A DNA stretch of 64,000 nucleotides from Octopus sinensis (lineage: Eukaryota), in contig NC_042998.1 in NCBI RefSeq assembly GCF_006345805.1, positions 164,672,001 to 164,736,000 of the forward strand, read 5' to 3'. Position numbers and translations under genes: made by a program. Under the pieces are notes generated by a model. It was not told the DNA's origin. It worked only from the letters and a program-made list of their open reading frames with translations, and did no database searches. This document shows positions 38,736 through 52,329 of this stretch, piece by piece. Within the stretch, counting starts at the first letter, position 1. The number at the start of each line of letters is the position of its first letter.

Positions 38736-39328
38736 TATATGACCTGGAGGATGCTTAAGAATTTACGAGAGGACATCTATATGGTAGATAGACATAGTAG
38801 AAATAGTAACTACTTTGCCCTAAATCAAGACAGTTTTATGCAGAGCTACATGCTCTGTGTGCGTGTGCGCGCTCACGCGTGTGTATGTGCACGCATGCGC
38901 GCGCACGAACATCCGCACGCGTAATGAAATATGGAAAGAGGTGAAATAATGCGAGAGAGGTGGACAGAAGGAAAAAAAGAGACGATGTTCTGAGAAAATA
39001 TACTAAAATGGCGCCTCTTGTTTGCATCTGTAGACTTAGCTGAGTAGTTACCAATAACTCGAGCGTAAATATATTTCCTCCTCGTTACACAGAAATAGAA
39101 GCATATATACATACGATCGAATATGCACGCATACACGGAAGTGCGCGAATGCATGCGCACATACAGACACAATTACATATAAAGAGGGGAACTGGCAGAG
39201 AATTTTCATTTGTGTATGTTACATTCACGAGACACCCATCAATTTAAATGTGTGTACGTGCACGTCAGCGTGAGTGCGTGTATGCTTTTATGTGTGTGTG
39301 TGACTGAAACAAATAAAAGAATATGTGT

Positions 39329-39360
<32 letters not shown>

Positions 39361-39377
39361 ACAATACAACGTATATC

Positions 39378-39732
39378 AGAAGTGGCTGTGTGGTAAGAAA
39401 CTTGCTTCCCAACAACATGGTTCCGGGTTCAGTCCCATTGTGTGGCACCTTAGACAAGTATCTTCTACTATAGCCTCGGGCTGACCAAAGCCTTGGGAGG
39501 AGGATTGGTAGACGGAAGCTGAAAGAAGCCCATCTTAGATATATATGTATATATGTATATGTTTGTCCTCCCTTTATCGCTTGACAACCGATGTTAGTGT
39601 GTTCACGTCCCCGTAACCTGGCGGTTCGGCAAAAGAGACCGATAGAATAAGCACCAGGCTTACAAAGACTAAAGGTGGTGCTCCAGCACGGCCGCAGTCA
39701 ACTGACTGAAACCAGTAAAAGAATAAAAGAAT
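39378..39732 (+). mobile_element. Bipartite SINE A-B
   Basis: Head GTGGCTGTGTGGTAAGAAAC, (TA) tract, B module with an internal deletion. Confidence 0.9.
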
Positions 39733-40029
39733 ATATCTATACTGTGAGTTGAATAAGAATGCAAATTCTTTCTGCAGTATTTCTGTTAGGAAAAGTACTG
39801 AGAGAGTTTCGTAAGAGACCATCTCACCCTCTGTTAACCGATCTTCAAAGAAGACGTCCCCGATACCAGAGGGTAAGAGGGGATGAAGAGAGATATACAT
39901 ACATAGATTGATGACGAATGGTTTGGCATATATACGCGCGTGTGTATGTATGTGTGTGCGTGTGCGTATATATATGTGTGTGTATACATATATAGATATG
40001 TACATATATATATATATATGGTGTATAAC

Positions 40030-40129
40030 NNNNNNNNNNNNNNNNNNNNNNNNNNNNNNNNNNNNNNNNNNNNNNNNNNNNNNNNNNNNNNNNNNNNNNN
40101 NNNNNNNNNNNNNNNNNNNNNNNNNNNNN
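40030..40129. other. Assembly gap (100 N)
   Basis: Run of N; true size unknown, so contiguity across it is unproven. Confidence 0.99.
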
Positions 40130-40234
40130 TGTGTGCATATATGGGCCAGGACGTCACAAAACATAAACAACACGAAATAACGAAGGCAAATTTGGTTATG
40201 CGAACAACGAGAGAAATAAATGGAAAACAAGACA

Positions 40235-40280
<46 letters not shown>

Positions 40281-40334
40281 ATATTTATATATATATATGT
40301 ATATATTATATAATATATAATGTATGTATATAGA

Positions 40335-40370
<36 letters not shown>

Positions 40371-40431
40371 ATATATATATTATATATATATATATATATA
40401 GATATATATATATATATGTATATATAGAATA

Positions 40432-40544
<113 letters not shown>

Positions 40545-40799
40545 ACATGATGATTCATCTTGCTTATTGATTTGTGAAAAAATGCGGTTGGGACGCATTT
40601 CATAATTTTCTACATAATCAGGGTTGAATTGTGATTGAAGCTCACCACGAACAACAGTAACAACTATTATACTGCTTGTATAACTATTATACTACAACTA
40701 CAACTGTTATAAATTTAAACCTGAAGTACCCTTTAGTAACAACTCTAGTTGATTGTCCTATTACTTCACTATACTGTTACGGAAATATACTCTTACACT

Positions 40800-40948
40800 A
40801 TTTACATTATTTACACTTGACGGATATTTATCCTCATCTTGTTGCTAACACAACGTTTGGGTTGATCCAGCCTTTATCAGGTGTCTTGGGGAAATTTCGA
40901 ACGTGGGTTCTCATTCCTAAGGTAGTTTTCGATGTTATAATAATAATA

Positions 40949-40987
<39 letters not shown>

Positions 40988-41011
40988 TTGATGATGATGA
41001 TGATGATAATG

Positions 41012-41054
<43 letters not shown>

Positions 41055-41076
41055 CAACAACAACAACAACAACAAC

Positions 41077-41108
<32 letters not shown>

Positions 41109-41177
41109 TATAAAACAACAACAACAACAATAACAATAACAATAACAATAATAACAATAATAATAATAATAATAATA

Positions 41178-41229
<52 letters not shown>

Positions 41230-41385
41230 CAACAACAACATCGAAAAATACCTTAGGAATGAGAACTCAGGTTCGAAATTTCCCCAAGACACCTGATGAA
41301 GGCTGGAGGGTATATCAGCCAAAACGTTGTGTTAACAACAAACGAGATGAGGACAAATATCTATCAAATGTAAATAATGTACATA
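40800..41385. repeat. Inverted pair of Penelope-like hammerhead-bearing ends flanking (AAT)/(GAT)/(AAC) microsatellites
   Basis: 40800-40935 is the reverse complement of 41237-41385. Confidence 0.88.
41289..41332 (+). ncRNA. Minimal type-I hammerhead motif, G12 mutated
   Basis: ACAC-CTGATGA-A-GGCTG(GAGGGTATAT)CAGCC-AAAAC-GTT-GTGT; GAAA reads AAAA. A more degenerate mirror copy lies at 40848-40884(-). Confidence 0.6.
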
Positions 41386-43038
41386 ATTCCTCATCTCTTA
41401 AATATAGAACTGTACTCTTACACTGCTCTACCTTAATGTTAATCTATTGATAATAACCAATGAGGTAGCTAATACAACGCCACTTCACATGCTAGAAGTG
41501 TCAACAGTTATGTTCAAACAGTTATGTCGTTGCCTTACAGAAATGAAAGATATACTAGACAATGTGAACTTCCGTCAATTGTGTTTTGATAAAATATGAG
41601 ATGATCCTCACGCGGAATTCCTGGTCTTAAATCTGTATGTCGAGCATCATATCTGATCTGGAACTTGAACTACAGTCAAGAATACTAACTCCTTATGGAT
41701 ATTATTGTCTCGAGTGCTAGGACTCATAGGGCCAGTTACCTGGTTTACATGGAGTATAAGTGATCGAGATCACAACACAACCTCTGAACGGGCGCCATTT
41801 CCGTCGCTCGGTTATTCATTTATAACTGAATCGACTGGAGCTCAAGAACATAATGCATCGCCCAGCTCGGGATCGAAGTCACGATCTTGCGAGCAACGCC
41901 TAACAGCTAGGCCACACACCTTCACTCATATGCAATAGTATGCTTTAAGTAGCTATAATGATAATATCATAAACCAGTGAGAAATAATTTCATAAGCTTA
42001 ATATTAATTTGATAATTGCTTTGTTAAATTATTAATTATGGTAAATGTTGTGGTTTTAAAGAGCAATTGAAGTCAAATGACGATATATTCGGTTAAGAAG
42101 GATCTATTACACGATTTCATTGCAAACGATTAAATGATTTCATATAAACAAATAAAAAGCCATATTAAATTACTGTAAATACTTAAATATAATGAGTATG
42201 GATTAAGTGACGATTATAATTCTAACTTTTGAGTAAGTAATGAAATATATATTCATATGCATTCTGATATTTACAAGTGGGTAATCATATCTTCTTAATT
42301 AAGCTTAAATGAAATCTATCAGTTATACACTTAAATTAATGAAATATTTTATTCATGTGGGAGTGGAGTGTAGTAATAGTGGATTAATTAATTATTCTAT
42401 TAATTAAATTAGTTACAATGGAATGAGGTCATCTCTGTTTTAAATTTGATTTCTCATTTCTTCGCGTTATATAATTAATAATAAACTTTCATTTGTCTTT
42501 CACAGTAATTTGTTTATAGGCCAATAATATACCAACAAACTTTGAAAGCGATATGCGAATACAAGTTAGAAAGTTATTATACTCCCATCAAAATATAACC
42601 TGACAGGTCCATAGATATCAATATTATGTACAACACCAGGCATATGATCAAACAAAACATCTGAAATCAGTTTCAGAAGGAATAATTACTCCTCGATTTG
42701 ATTGTTGCTATATCTGACATAGATCTTCTTTCCCCCTCAATATATGAAATCTTTATATAATTCAATTCTTCCGTGGATATTGGCAGTAACAAACGTCAGA
42801 AGTTCACCTGCTCAAATAATACATAGATCCTTTTTCTATTTATTTTCTTTATGCGTCAGTAAACATTTGTGGTGACCTCGATGTATATCTCTGTTATGTT
42901 CGACAAACCGCAATAATTTTTATGCGGTGCTGTATGTATTCACATATATATGCATACATATATAGATACATGCATGCTTACATGCTCACATGCATATATA
43001 CATACATACATTCATACATACATACATACATACATACA

Positions 43039-43074
<36 letters not shown>

Positions 43075-43138
43075 GATAGATAGATATACAGTAATATTCA
43101 TACATGTATACATAAAGTAAAAGTATTTATATTTATAC

Positions 43139-43208
<70 letters not shown>

Positions 43209-44337
43209 CATATATATATGTATGTATGTATGTATGTATTTATGCATACATACATGCATACATAGATATTTACATAATATAAAAGTATCTATAAATACGT
43301 ATAAATACATGCATGCATACATACGTACATGCATACAAGTATGCACACATGAAGATAAGACAGGGACTTGGGACAGAGAAGAGAAAGAAACTATGTACCG
43401 TAGTGTCATTCTGTTGTCCAACGGATGTCGACATAAAGCTAAAATTCGGTAAAGAAAAAAAAACACTTAACGTCGAGCTATTGAGAAATTTACTGCTACT
43501 CCTCTCGGTTTACAAGTTCAGATTCATATCCATAATTACTGTGGCACTAGAATCTGTAACAAACCGCCTCAGTACCTTTCTTGAGAAATAAGGATTCTCA
43601 AAACCTGAAAGGAGAAAGCTACAGGTAGAAGCCATTAATGGAACTGTAAAAATATGTTAAACTTTCCCAAAGTTTAACATATACGTTCATATTCACATAT
43701 TCACAGGTGCAACTAAATATATGAGCATACATACATACATAGGAAAAAGCATACAGAACTGCACAAGTACTGACTTTAAATTGAAATTCCAATGGATCTA
43801 GGTTAGAGACCGGGTCCTTCTTGGCAAGAAATATATAGATAATCTAAATTATAACATACATAGCTACAGAAAAGTACTCAACATAAAGTAGAGCACAATC
43901 AAATTTATTCAGCTGATACCTTATTTCTGATACTTTAAGTTTAATGAGTATCCAAACAATCATACGGCCATGCTATACTGTAAAGAAAAAGATACTCTGA
44001 TTAAAAATGGTGCCAGGGCATCACATGCTATGTTAGTCATTTGAAAAAGATATTATTTCCCTATTGAAAATAAAGGTATTTTGATAGACCTAGCAGATTT
44101 GCTGTATTCTATAATATAAACACATGTGACTTGTTGAAAATTAGGAAGACAGTAATTCGCGCTTTCCACCCGTTTGTTTTTAAAATTATGATTAAGATAG
44201 TAAATTCTCGATATTCAACTCAGAACGGAAGCACAAACAGGTACCACTCCTACGTAAAGCCTAGTAAGAAATAATATATTTCAATAAAAAATCCAACAGC
44301 CCTCCCTCAATCACAGAACATATTATAGATAGTATTC

Positions 44338-44783
44338 CTTTTCTACTCTAGGCATAAGGCCCGAAATTCTTGGGGAGGGCGCCAGTCGATTGGATCAACT
44401 GGTGCTCAGTTCATCGATCCTGGAAAGGTGAAAGGTAAAGTCGGACCTCGGAACGTAAAAACAGATGAAATTAGCATTTCGCCCGGCGTGCTAAAGTATC
44501 TTATTTCTTTATTGTCCACAAGGGGCGAAACATAGAAGGCAGACGAAATACCTGTTTCTTTACTACCCACAAGGGGCTAAACACAGAGAGGACAAACAAG
44601 GACAGACAAAGGGGCTAAGTCGATTAGATCGACCCCAGTGCGTAACTGGTACTTATTTAATCGACCCCGAAAGGATAAAAGGCAAAGTTGACCTCGGCGG
44701 AATTTGAACTCAGAAGGTAACGGCAGACGAAATACGGCTACGCATTTCGTCCGGCGTGCTAACGTTTCTGCCAGCTCGCCGCC
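44338..44783 (-). mobile_element. SINE family C cluster (one full copy plus partial copies in tandem)
   Basis: Full copy at ~44553-44783; partial units at 44338-44495 and 44500-44555. Confidence 0.88.
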
Positions 44784-45193
44784 TTTGTAGTATAGACAAC
44801 ATTAGCATATACATTCTATCGCTTATACATTTCAAATGGTATGTCGGGCTATATTTCAGAGGCAGGAGGAGCAGTGCGAAGTTAAGTGTGAGCTGGAATC
44901 AGCTGAAAGGGAGAAGTAAAAATAGGAAGTTTAAGTAGAGAAACATTAAAATTGACAACTTCTGGTTGGGGATGGTAAATTAAATTAGTCGATGGATACC
45001 GAAAACATGACGCGCACACACACACACTTACACGCACAGTCACTATCTTCTGTTTATTACACATGCACAGGCTCACGTCTACAAACACAGGAACACAAGT
45101 ACAATTTAAGTTGAAAGATTAATTTGATGAACATTTGGTAGGCGGAGGTAAAGAAGCAATAATCTTATACAGTCATCTGCGCGCGTGCATAGG

Positions 45194-45230
<37 letters not shown>

Positions 45231-45239
45231 CTGTGTGTG

Positions 45240-45286
<47 letters not shown>

Positions 45287-45584
45287 GTGTGTGTATGTAC
45301 ATACATGCGCGCATGTACATACACACATGCGTGCACGCACACCACCGTGCATGTGCATATATGCACATACTCACTCACATTCGCGTGAAACACATACATG
45401 CATACCCACACACACACCTATATATCTGCATATATATATATGCATCCATACACATGTACACATATACATACCCGCATACACGTGCACACACGTATATATA
45501 CCCATACGAGCACAATTATGTTCATATATACGTCTCTATACACGCATGCACAAATATGAAGGGTGAAAGGTAATGTACAGAAAA

Positions 45585-45811
45585 GGCGAGCTGGCAGAAA
45601 CGTTAGCACGTCGGGCGAAATGCTTAGCGGTAATTCGTCTGCCGTTACGTTCTGAGTTCAAATTCCGCCGAGGTCGACTTTGCCTTTCATCCTTTCGGAG
45701 TCGAGTAAATAAGTACCAGTTACGCACTGGGGTCGATATAATCGACTTAATCCGTTTGTCTGTCCTTGTTTGTCCTCTCTGTGTTTAGCCCCTTGTGGGT
45801 AGTAAAGAAAT
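45585..45811 (+). mobile_element. SINE family C, full length, 17-bp TSD
   Basis: TSD AGGTAATGTACAGAAAA at 45568-45584 and 45812-45828; the AGGTA part coincides with the SINE's usual 3' end. Confidence 0.92.
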
Positions 45812-46392
45812 AGGTAATGTACAGAAAAAATATATAAAAATATATAAAGCAATAAAATATAAAAAAATATATATTAAAATATGTAAAAAATATATATAAA
45901 AAATATATATTAAAATATGTAAAAATAAAAAATATATATATAAGAAATGAAATATTTGTACGTGGACACAATATTAAACGCTGGTTCTATCTGTGATCTT
46001 GGAGGCAACCGACTAATTGTCACATATTATATTATAGATAAATTCCTCTATTTACAGAATCTCGAGGTCTCATTCATTCTTTTGTTGTCATATTTTTATT
46101 ATTATATATATGGAACAAAAACGCAATTGAGGGCATAAGAACACGTTCGGACAGATAGACGATACAAAGCGGACAGGAGAAACAACAATTAGAAGGACAG
46201 GCAAAAAAAAAAAAAAAAAAAATGCTAAGCCCTTGTACTACACTTTGACAATGTTCATATCTTGGCATCTGAAGAAGCTGGACATACGATAGTTTGACCA
46301 AAAGAACCAGCTATTGCAAGCAAAATTAGATATTGAAAAAAAAAATCGCATTTGGCCAAATTTGAACATACGACAATTTAACATAATAGCAA

Positions 46393-46431
<39 letters not shown>

Positions 46432-47584
46432 TTCTTTTATTTGGTTCAGTCATTGTGACTGCAGCCTTGGTGGAGCACCCCCGTATAAATGCATGTGGAT
46501 GTGTGTGCGCGTGTGTGTATATGTGTGTATATGCCTGTGTGTGTGTGTTCTTGTGTGTGTGTATCTATATAAGTATGTATCTCTTGGGTATATGTGTATA
46601 TGTACATGCATCTCTATGCAGATACGTGCATTTGAAAATCAGGAAATCCACTACTGCTGCAATTAGTACTACCACCATCACCACCGGCACCATTCCTATT
46701 AGTGCCACTTGGACAATTGTCAAAACCACTACTATGTAAGTCAGAGGAATATGGTAAGGAAGCGACAGAAAGAGGAGTGAGAGGGTAAGAATGACAGAAA
46801 CCAAGGGAATACAAGAATAAGAAAAGTGCGATACATATATTGACTCAATTCCCTCAGTGATATTTATCGAGTCATTCAAGATCGATATAAAACTATCGAT
46901 ATTTCATAGAGAACAGCTGTCTACCTGAAAATATTGCAGGTGAGTGAACAAAACTCGATGATTTTTAGTGCTTATTGCCTCGTAGCTATTAACCAATATT
47001 GGCTACATCCATGTGTTGTTCAGACACACAGAGAAACGCACATTACGTTGGTACTAACTCATACACAGAAACATGCAGTCATAAGCATACAGATGCACTC
47101 GCGCGCACACAAAAGCTTCAGAGACGTACTTTTCTATATACATATATACATTAATGCATATTTATTCATACATACATTCAAACATACATACATATATAGA
47201 TACATACATAATACATAATACATACATACATACATACATACATACATACATACATACATACACACACATATATATACATAAATACATTTATATATACATA
47301 ATGCATTCATGCATATATACTTACAGTCCGTACATCCAAACACACATTCCTGTACACATGCATGCATTCACACATACATACATGCGCATATACATGCACA
47401 CACACATGTGCATACGCATACTTATGCATATATATATATGTATATACATACATATATACATACATACATTCATGCACACATACATACACATACATACACA
47501 CACACACGTACATACATACAATCATGCACACATACACGCACATACATCAATCCAACCATCTATTCATCCATACATACATACATA

Positions 47585-48338
47585 CACACACACGTAGGAA
47601 CATACACACATACACACATACGTATATACATTACATACATACTAAGATATACATATGTTCAGAGAATTATGTGTTGTTTCTTCTCACACCTTCCGCCACA
47701 TACCTTCCTCCTCCTTCTCCTCACAATCCCTGACTTATTCATTTCCTTCTTCCATTAACTTTTGTTCTCATGCCCTCCTAATCTCACTCTTGCTCACTGT
47801 CAGTCAGTCACTCGCTTGACCGGAAGAAGTAATGCTTCATTGCTATTTCATTTTGTATGTAAGTATTTATTATTATGCGAATGCCTGTGTGTTCATGTGT
47901 ATATACATATACATACATACATACACACACACACGTACATACATACAATCATGCACACATACATACACACACACACGTACATACATACAATCATGCACAC
48001 ATACATACACACACACGTAGGAACATACACACATACACACATACGTATATACATTACATACATACTAAGATATACATATGTTCAGAGAATTATGTGTTGT
48101 TTCTTCTCACACCTTCCGCCACATACCTTCCTCCTCCTTCTCCTCACAATCCCTGACTTATTCATTTCCTTCTTCCATTAACTTTTGTTCTCATGCCCTC
48201 CTAATCTCACTCTTGCTCACTGTCAGTCAGTCACTCGCTTGACCGGAAGAAGTAATGCTTCATTGCTATTTCATTTTGTATGTAAGTATTTATTATTATG
48301 CGAATGCCTGTGTGTTCATGTGTATATACATATACATA
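47585..48338. repeat. Essentially identical tandem duplication, period about 423 bp
   Basis: 47585-47915 matches 48008-48338, including the unique CAGAGAATTATGTG...CCGGAAGAAGTAATGC segment. Confidence 0.92.
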
Positions 48339-48362
48339 CATTCATACACACAAACACACACA

Positions 48363-48407
<45 letters not shown>

Positions 48408-48923
48408 GAGCTTATATCTATCAAAATATGAGCCTATGGCTCATCAAGACAGCCCGATGAGCCGTAGGCGAAGTAGATTATATCTTGTCGGACTAACGAT
48501 TATGGATTAAATATTTTATTCACTTTCAGACTTATTTTTCAGTACTTTATCCTGAGAGGCCGGACAGCTGTTTTTTGAACTCGCCCCTCTCTGGAACATG
48601 TATGTATGTGTGTATGTATGTGAAGGTGCATGCCTTAATGGTTAGGGTGTTGCACTCACGATTGTGAGATTGTGGCTTTGATTCCCAGATCAGGTGTTAT
48701 GTTGTGTTCTTCAGCAAAACATTCATTTCACGTTACTCTGCGATCATCTGAAATGTGGCACGTCTTACACCTGTTCAGGTTACATCGATTTGATGGAGAG
48801 GGAGCTTATGTGAACACAAATATTTTATCACTATAAAAAGTCATCTATGTGGTTGTTCAGCAAGAAATTGCAGAACCCTCTTGCATGATCTAAGGAAGGG
48901 AGTTTCTATGATAAGTATATCTA

Positions 48924-49281
48924 TACGAGGGGAAGTCAAAATATCCGCACTTTCACCGTAACATATCTTTATTATTGTCACACTGCCTTCTGCGCATACA
49001 AGCTTATAGTTGGTACTATTGTTGTCATGTGATCGAAGCTTGAGCCTGATCACGCCATTTTTCTTTGTGGCTTTACAGTATAAACATTGCCGCTCCACTA
49101 GGAAGGTGCACCAAAGAAGAGCAAAGAGTAGTGATCCGATTTCTTTGGAAAAAGGGTGTACAATCAACATGCAAGATACAGTGCTTTACTGACCAACAAA
49201 CTGAAGCCAGCAATTCGCACCAAACGCCGATGCCTATTGTCGCAGAAAGTTTTGTTATTGTTTGACAATGCACGCCTCCAT
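48924..49281 (+). mobile_element. Mariner 5' fragment with internal deletion
   Basis: TA-CGAGGGGAAGTCAAAA TIR start; CTKEEQRVVIRFLWKKG joined to KLKPAIRTKRR...VLLLFDNARLH (HDNARPH motif). Confidence 0.85.
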
Positions 49282-51860
49282 ACTCGTGCAATGCGTGGAG
49301 CAGATTGCTGGACGAACCACAACCTTATCCGCTCCAAGCTTAGAATCAACATTCGACCACCTAGCCGAAAGTCGACAGCATCAAAACCACTGAACACCAC
49401 GAAACTATATGATCCTGAGAATCACAGCCTCTTTCAAGATCAGCTTGTCATCAAATTAGATACTCTCCCACTCCCCGATCCTACCTCGGTAAACCAAGAG
49501 GAGCTAGATGGTATATGGGACAAACATATCTCCGTGATCTCCTCGGTCACAACCGAACAAATAGGACACACTAGACGTCGCAATCATGACTGGTTTGATG
49601 AATCTGCTGATGAGATCCTCCCTCTTCTCAGAAGTAAAAACCGGGCTCATGATGCCTACTTCTCGAGCAGGTCCAATGTACACCTCCAGAATTGGAAAGA
49701 TCTTCGCTCGGAATGCCAGAGCAGACTTAGGCAGATTCAGAACACCTGGTGGAAGAACAAAGCTGTAGAAATTCAACGTCATGCGGATGAAAATAAGATC
49801 TACAAGTTCTACACTGCAACCAAATCCATGTACGGTTCGTCCTCCAATCATATCAATCCGATACGATCTTCAGACGGCAACACTCTCTACAAGGAAAAGA
49901 CCCAGATCCGTGACAGATGGGCAGAACACATCAACTCCTTGTTTAACAAGATAAATCCTACAGACACCACACTGATTGATGAGCTCCTTCACTCCCTCCT
50001 CTCCCTGAGCTGGACACAGAACCCTCCCTCGTGGAAATCCGTGCAGCTCTCTCCTACTTAAAAAAAAAAAGGAAATCATCTGGATCAGATGGTGTGTCGA
50101 GGGAGATCTATAAATATGGTGGTTCTGCTTTTGTCTAGCGTCTTCATCAGATTATCCTCTACTGTTGAAAAAGTGTCTTGATCCCTCAACGCTGGAAACA
50201 CCCAGACATAATCGCCATCTTCAAGAAGAATGGAGGTCGCTCAGACTGCAACAACAGTAGAGGTATTTCACTCCTGGATGTTACAGGAAAGGTGTTGGCA
50301 CGCGTCCTGCTCTCTCGACTTCTTGGCCACCTCGTTGAAGGAATCCTCCCAGAGTCTCAATGCGGTTTTAGAGTTAACCATAGCACTATCGACATGGTCT
50401 TCGTCTCCCGCCTCCTGTTAGAGAAGTGCCGAGAACAACAGCGTGATGCCTCGTTTGCCTTTATTGACCTAAAGCTTTTAATACTACTTGCCGCCCAATA
50501 CTATGGAATGAATGTTCTGCAGAAGTGTCTTGTCGTGCTACTCCAGTTCCATGACGGCATGGAATTACGTGTAACATTGGTTGGTGATCAGTCTGACTAC
50601 TTCAACGTTCAAGTCGGTGTTAAACAAGGCTACGTCCTGGCCCCTGTTCTCTTTAATGTGTTCCTTGTGGCTGTGACCTTACTATCACGCTACGACTTCA
50701 ACCCCGAAGATAGCATCCCAATTCGATATCGCCACGATGGTAGTCTCTTCAACTTGAGGAGACTAAAATCACTAACAAAGATTCAGTCCACCACTCTCTT
50801 CGAATTACAGAATGCCGATGACTGCGAAGCTCTCGCCTACGAACCAACCAGACGTATGTCGCCTACGACCCTAGACATAGTGTGAAACGCCTATCGTCGG
50901 GCTGGAAATTGACCAGTATCGAATGCATGATCCTCGAACGTCAACACCAAGAAAATAGAGATCCTTCAACGCTCCAAAGATGGTTCACCTCCTGTGATTC
51001 TTTCGATCCAAGACAACCAGCTAAAGAACACCGAGTAATTCACCTATTTTGGTAGCGTCATCTCAAGCAATGGGGTCATTAACCACGAAATTCAGAATCG
51101 CATCCACCTTGCCTCCTCCGCTTTTGGAGGTCTCAAGGATAGGGTCTTCCTTAATTGTGATCTGAATCTCTCCACGAAAATCGAGGTTTATCGCGCTATT
51201 GTGTTTTCCAGGCTGTATGCCTCAGAGAACTGGACACTTTATCGTCATGTCAAACTCCTCGAATACTTTCATATCCGCTGTCTCCAGCGCATTCTTCATC
51301 TGACCTGGAAGGACAAGATCCCACATACGGAGATCCTGAGACGAGCGAAATTGACTAGCATCGAATGCATGGTCCTCGAACGTCAATTGCGCTGGGTGGG
51401 GCATGTTATTAGGATGCCGGAAAACCATATACCCAAGATTGTCCTTTTTTGAGGAATTAGCAGAGGGTAACCGACTGCACGGAGGTCCAAAGAAGCGATA
51501 TAAAGATCATCCCAAGAAATCCCTGAAACTCTGCAAATTCCCTCCTGCTGAACCTGAAACACTGGCTACAGACCGTACCACCTGGAGGGGTATGGTCAAA
51601 ACTGGTACATAGCATTTTGAGGATAAACGGCTAGACTTCGCGAAGAAAAGCGGAGACAACTCAAGGAACGTCAGCAAGTCCTAGACGAGCTCATCTTCGT
51701 CGGAGCCCTCTTTGTTGCTTTCAGTTTAATCGGATATGTGCCCCCAGAATCAGCCTTTTCAGCCACGACAGGGCCTGCCAACGCCATCAAGACAACCCCT
51801 AAGGATCAAAGACGACGTCGTCATCTGTCAAGATGGATTGCCTTAAGCAAGTAAGCAAGT
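49282..51860 (+). mobile_element. 5'-truncated, decayed RTE-clade LINE
   Basis: APE end TRAMRGADCWTNH; RT motifs RGISLLDVTGKVLARVLL, LPESQCGFR, FIDL, GVKQGYVLAP, NADD (50811-50822); C-terminal RQLRWVGHVIRM; (AAGT)-type tail. Several frameshifts and stops. Confidence 0.93.
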
Positions 51861-52329
51861 ATGTATGTATGTATGTATGTATGTATGTATGTATGTATGT
51901 ATGTATGTATGTATGTATGTATTTATGTACATATGTATGTATTTATGTACATATGTATGTATGTATGTAGGTAGGTAGGTAGGTAGGAATGTATGTACGT
52001 ACGTACGTACATACGTATGTACGTATGTATATATGTATGTATGCATATGTGAATGTGTATGTATGTGTGTGTGTGTGTGTGTGTATGTGTCTGTCTGTAT
52101 GTATGTATTATATTAGGATTATGTGTAGAAAGCGCTTCTTTCTAAACCAGAGACAAAGATTCATAGTTCCAATTAAGAAAACAGGGTCAAATATTGAACT
52201 TTATAAAAGGCTTACATACTCATACTGTTCCTCTAACAGTATTTGTATCTGTAGCGGAGCAGTATGTGTATGTAAAATACGTATTACATGATCACTTTCT
52301 TTGTCTTAACAACTAAGCTGTTTAACCAG

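Noticed and set aside
39785-39865. Hammerhead-like TTGAAGA...CGAAACTCTCTCAGTA on the minus strand
   Set aside because: C3 is missing, stem I does not pair and stem II is unclear.
39574-40281. ORFs of up to 222 aa spanning 40030-40129
   Set aside because: They read through an N gap and through SINE or microsatellite sequence.
46565-46879. Transmembrane-looking minus-strand ORF (IVVVLTIVQVALIGMVPVVMVVV)
   Set aside because: Derived from a decayed GGT/AGT repeat, like 17100-17280; the hydrophobicity is a compositional artefact.
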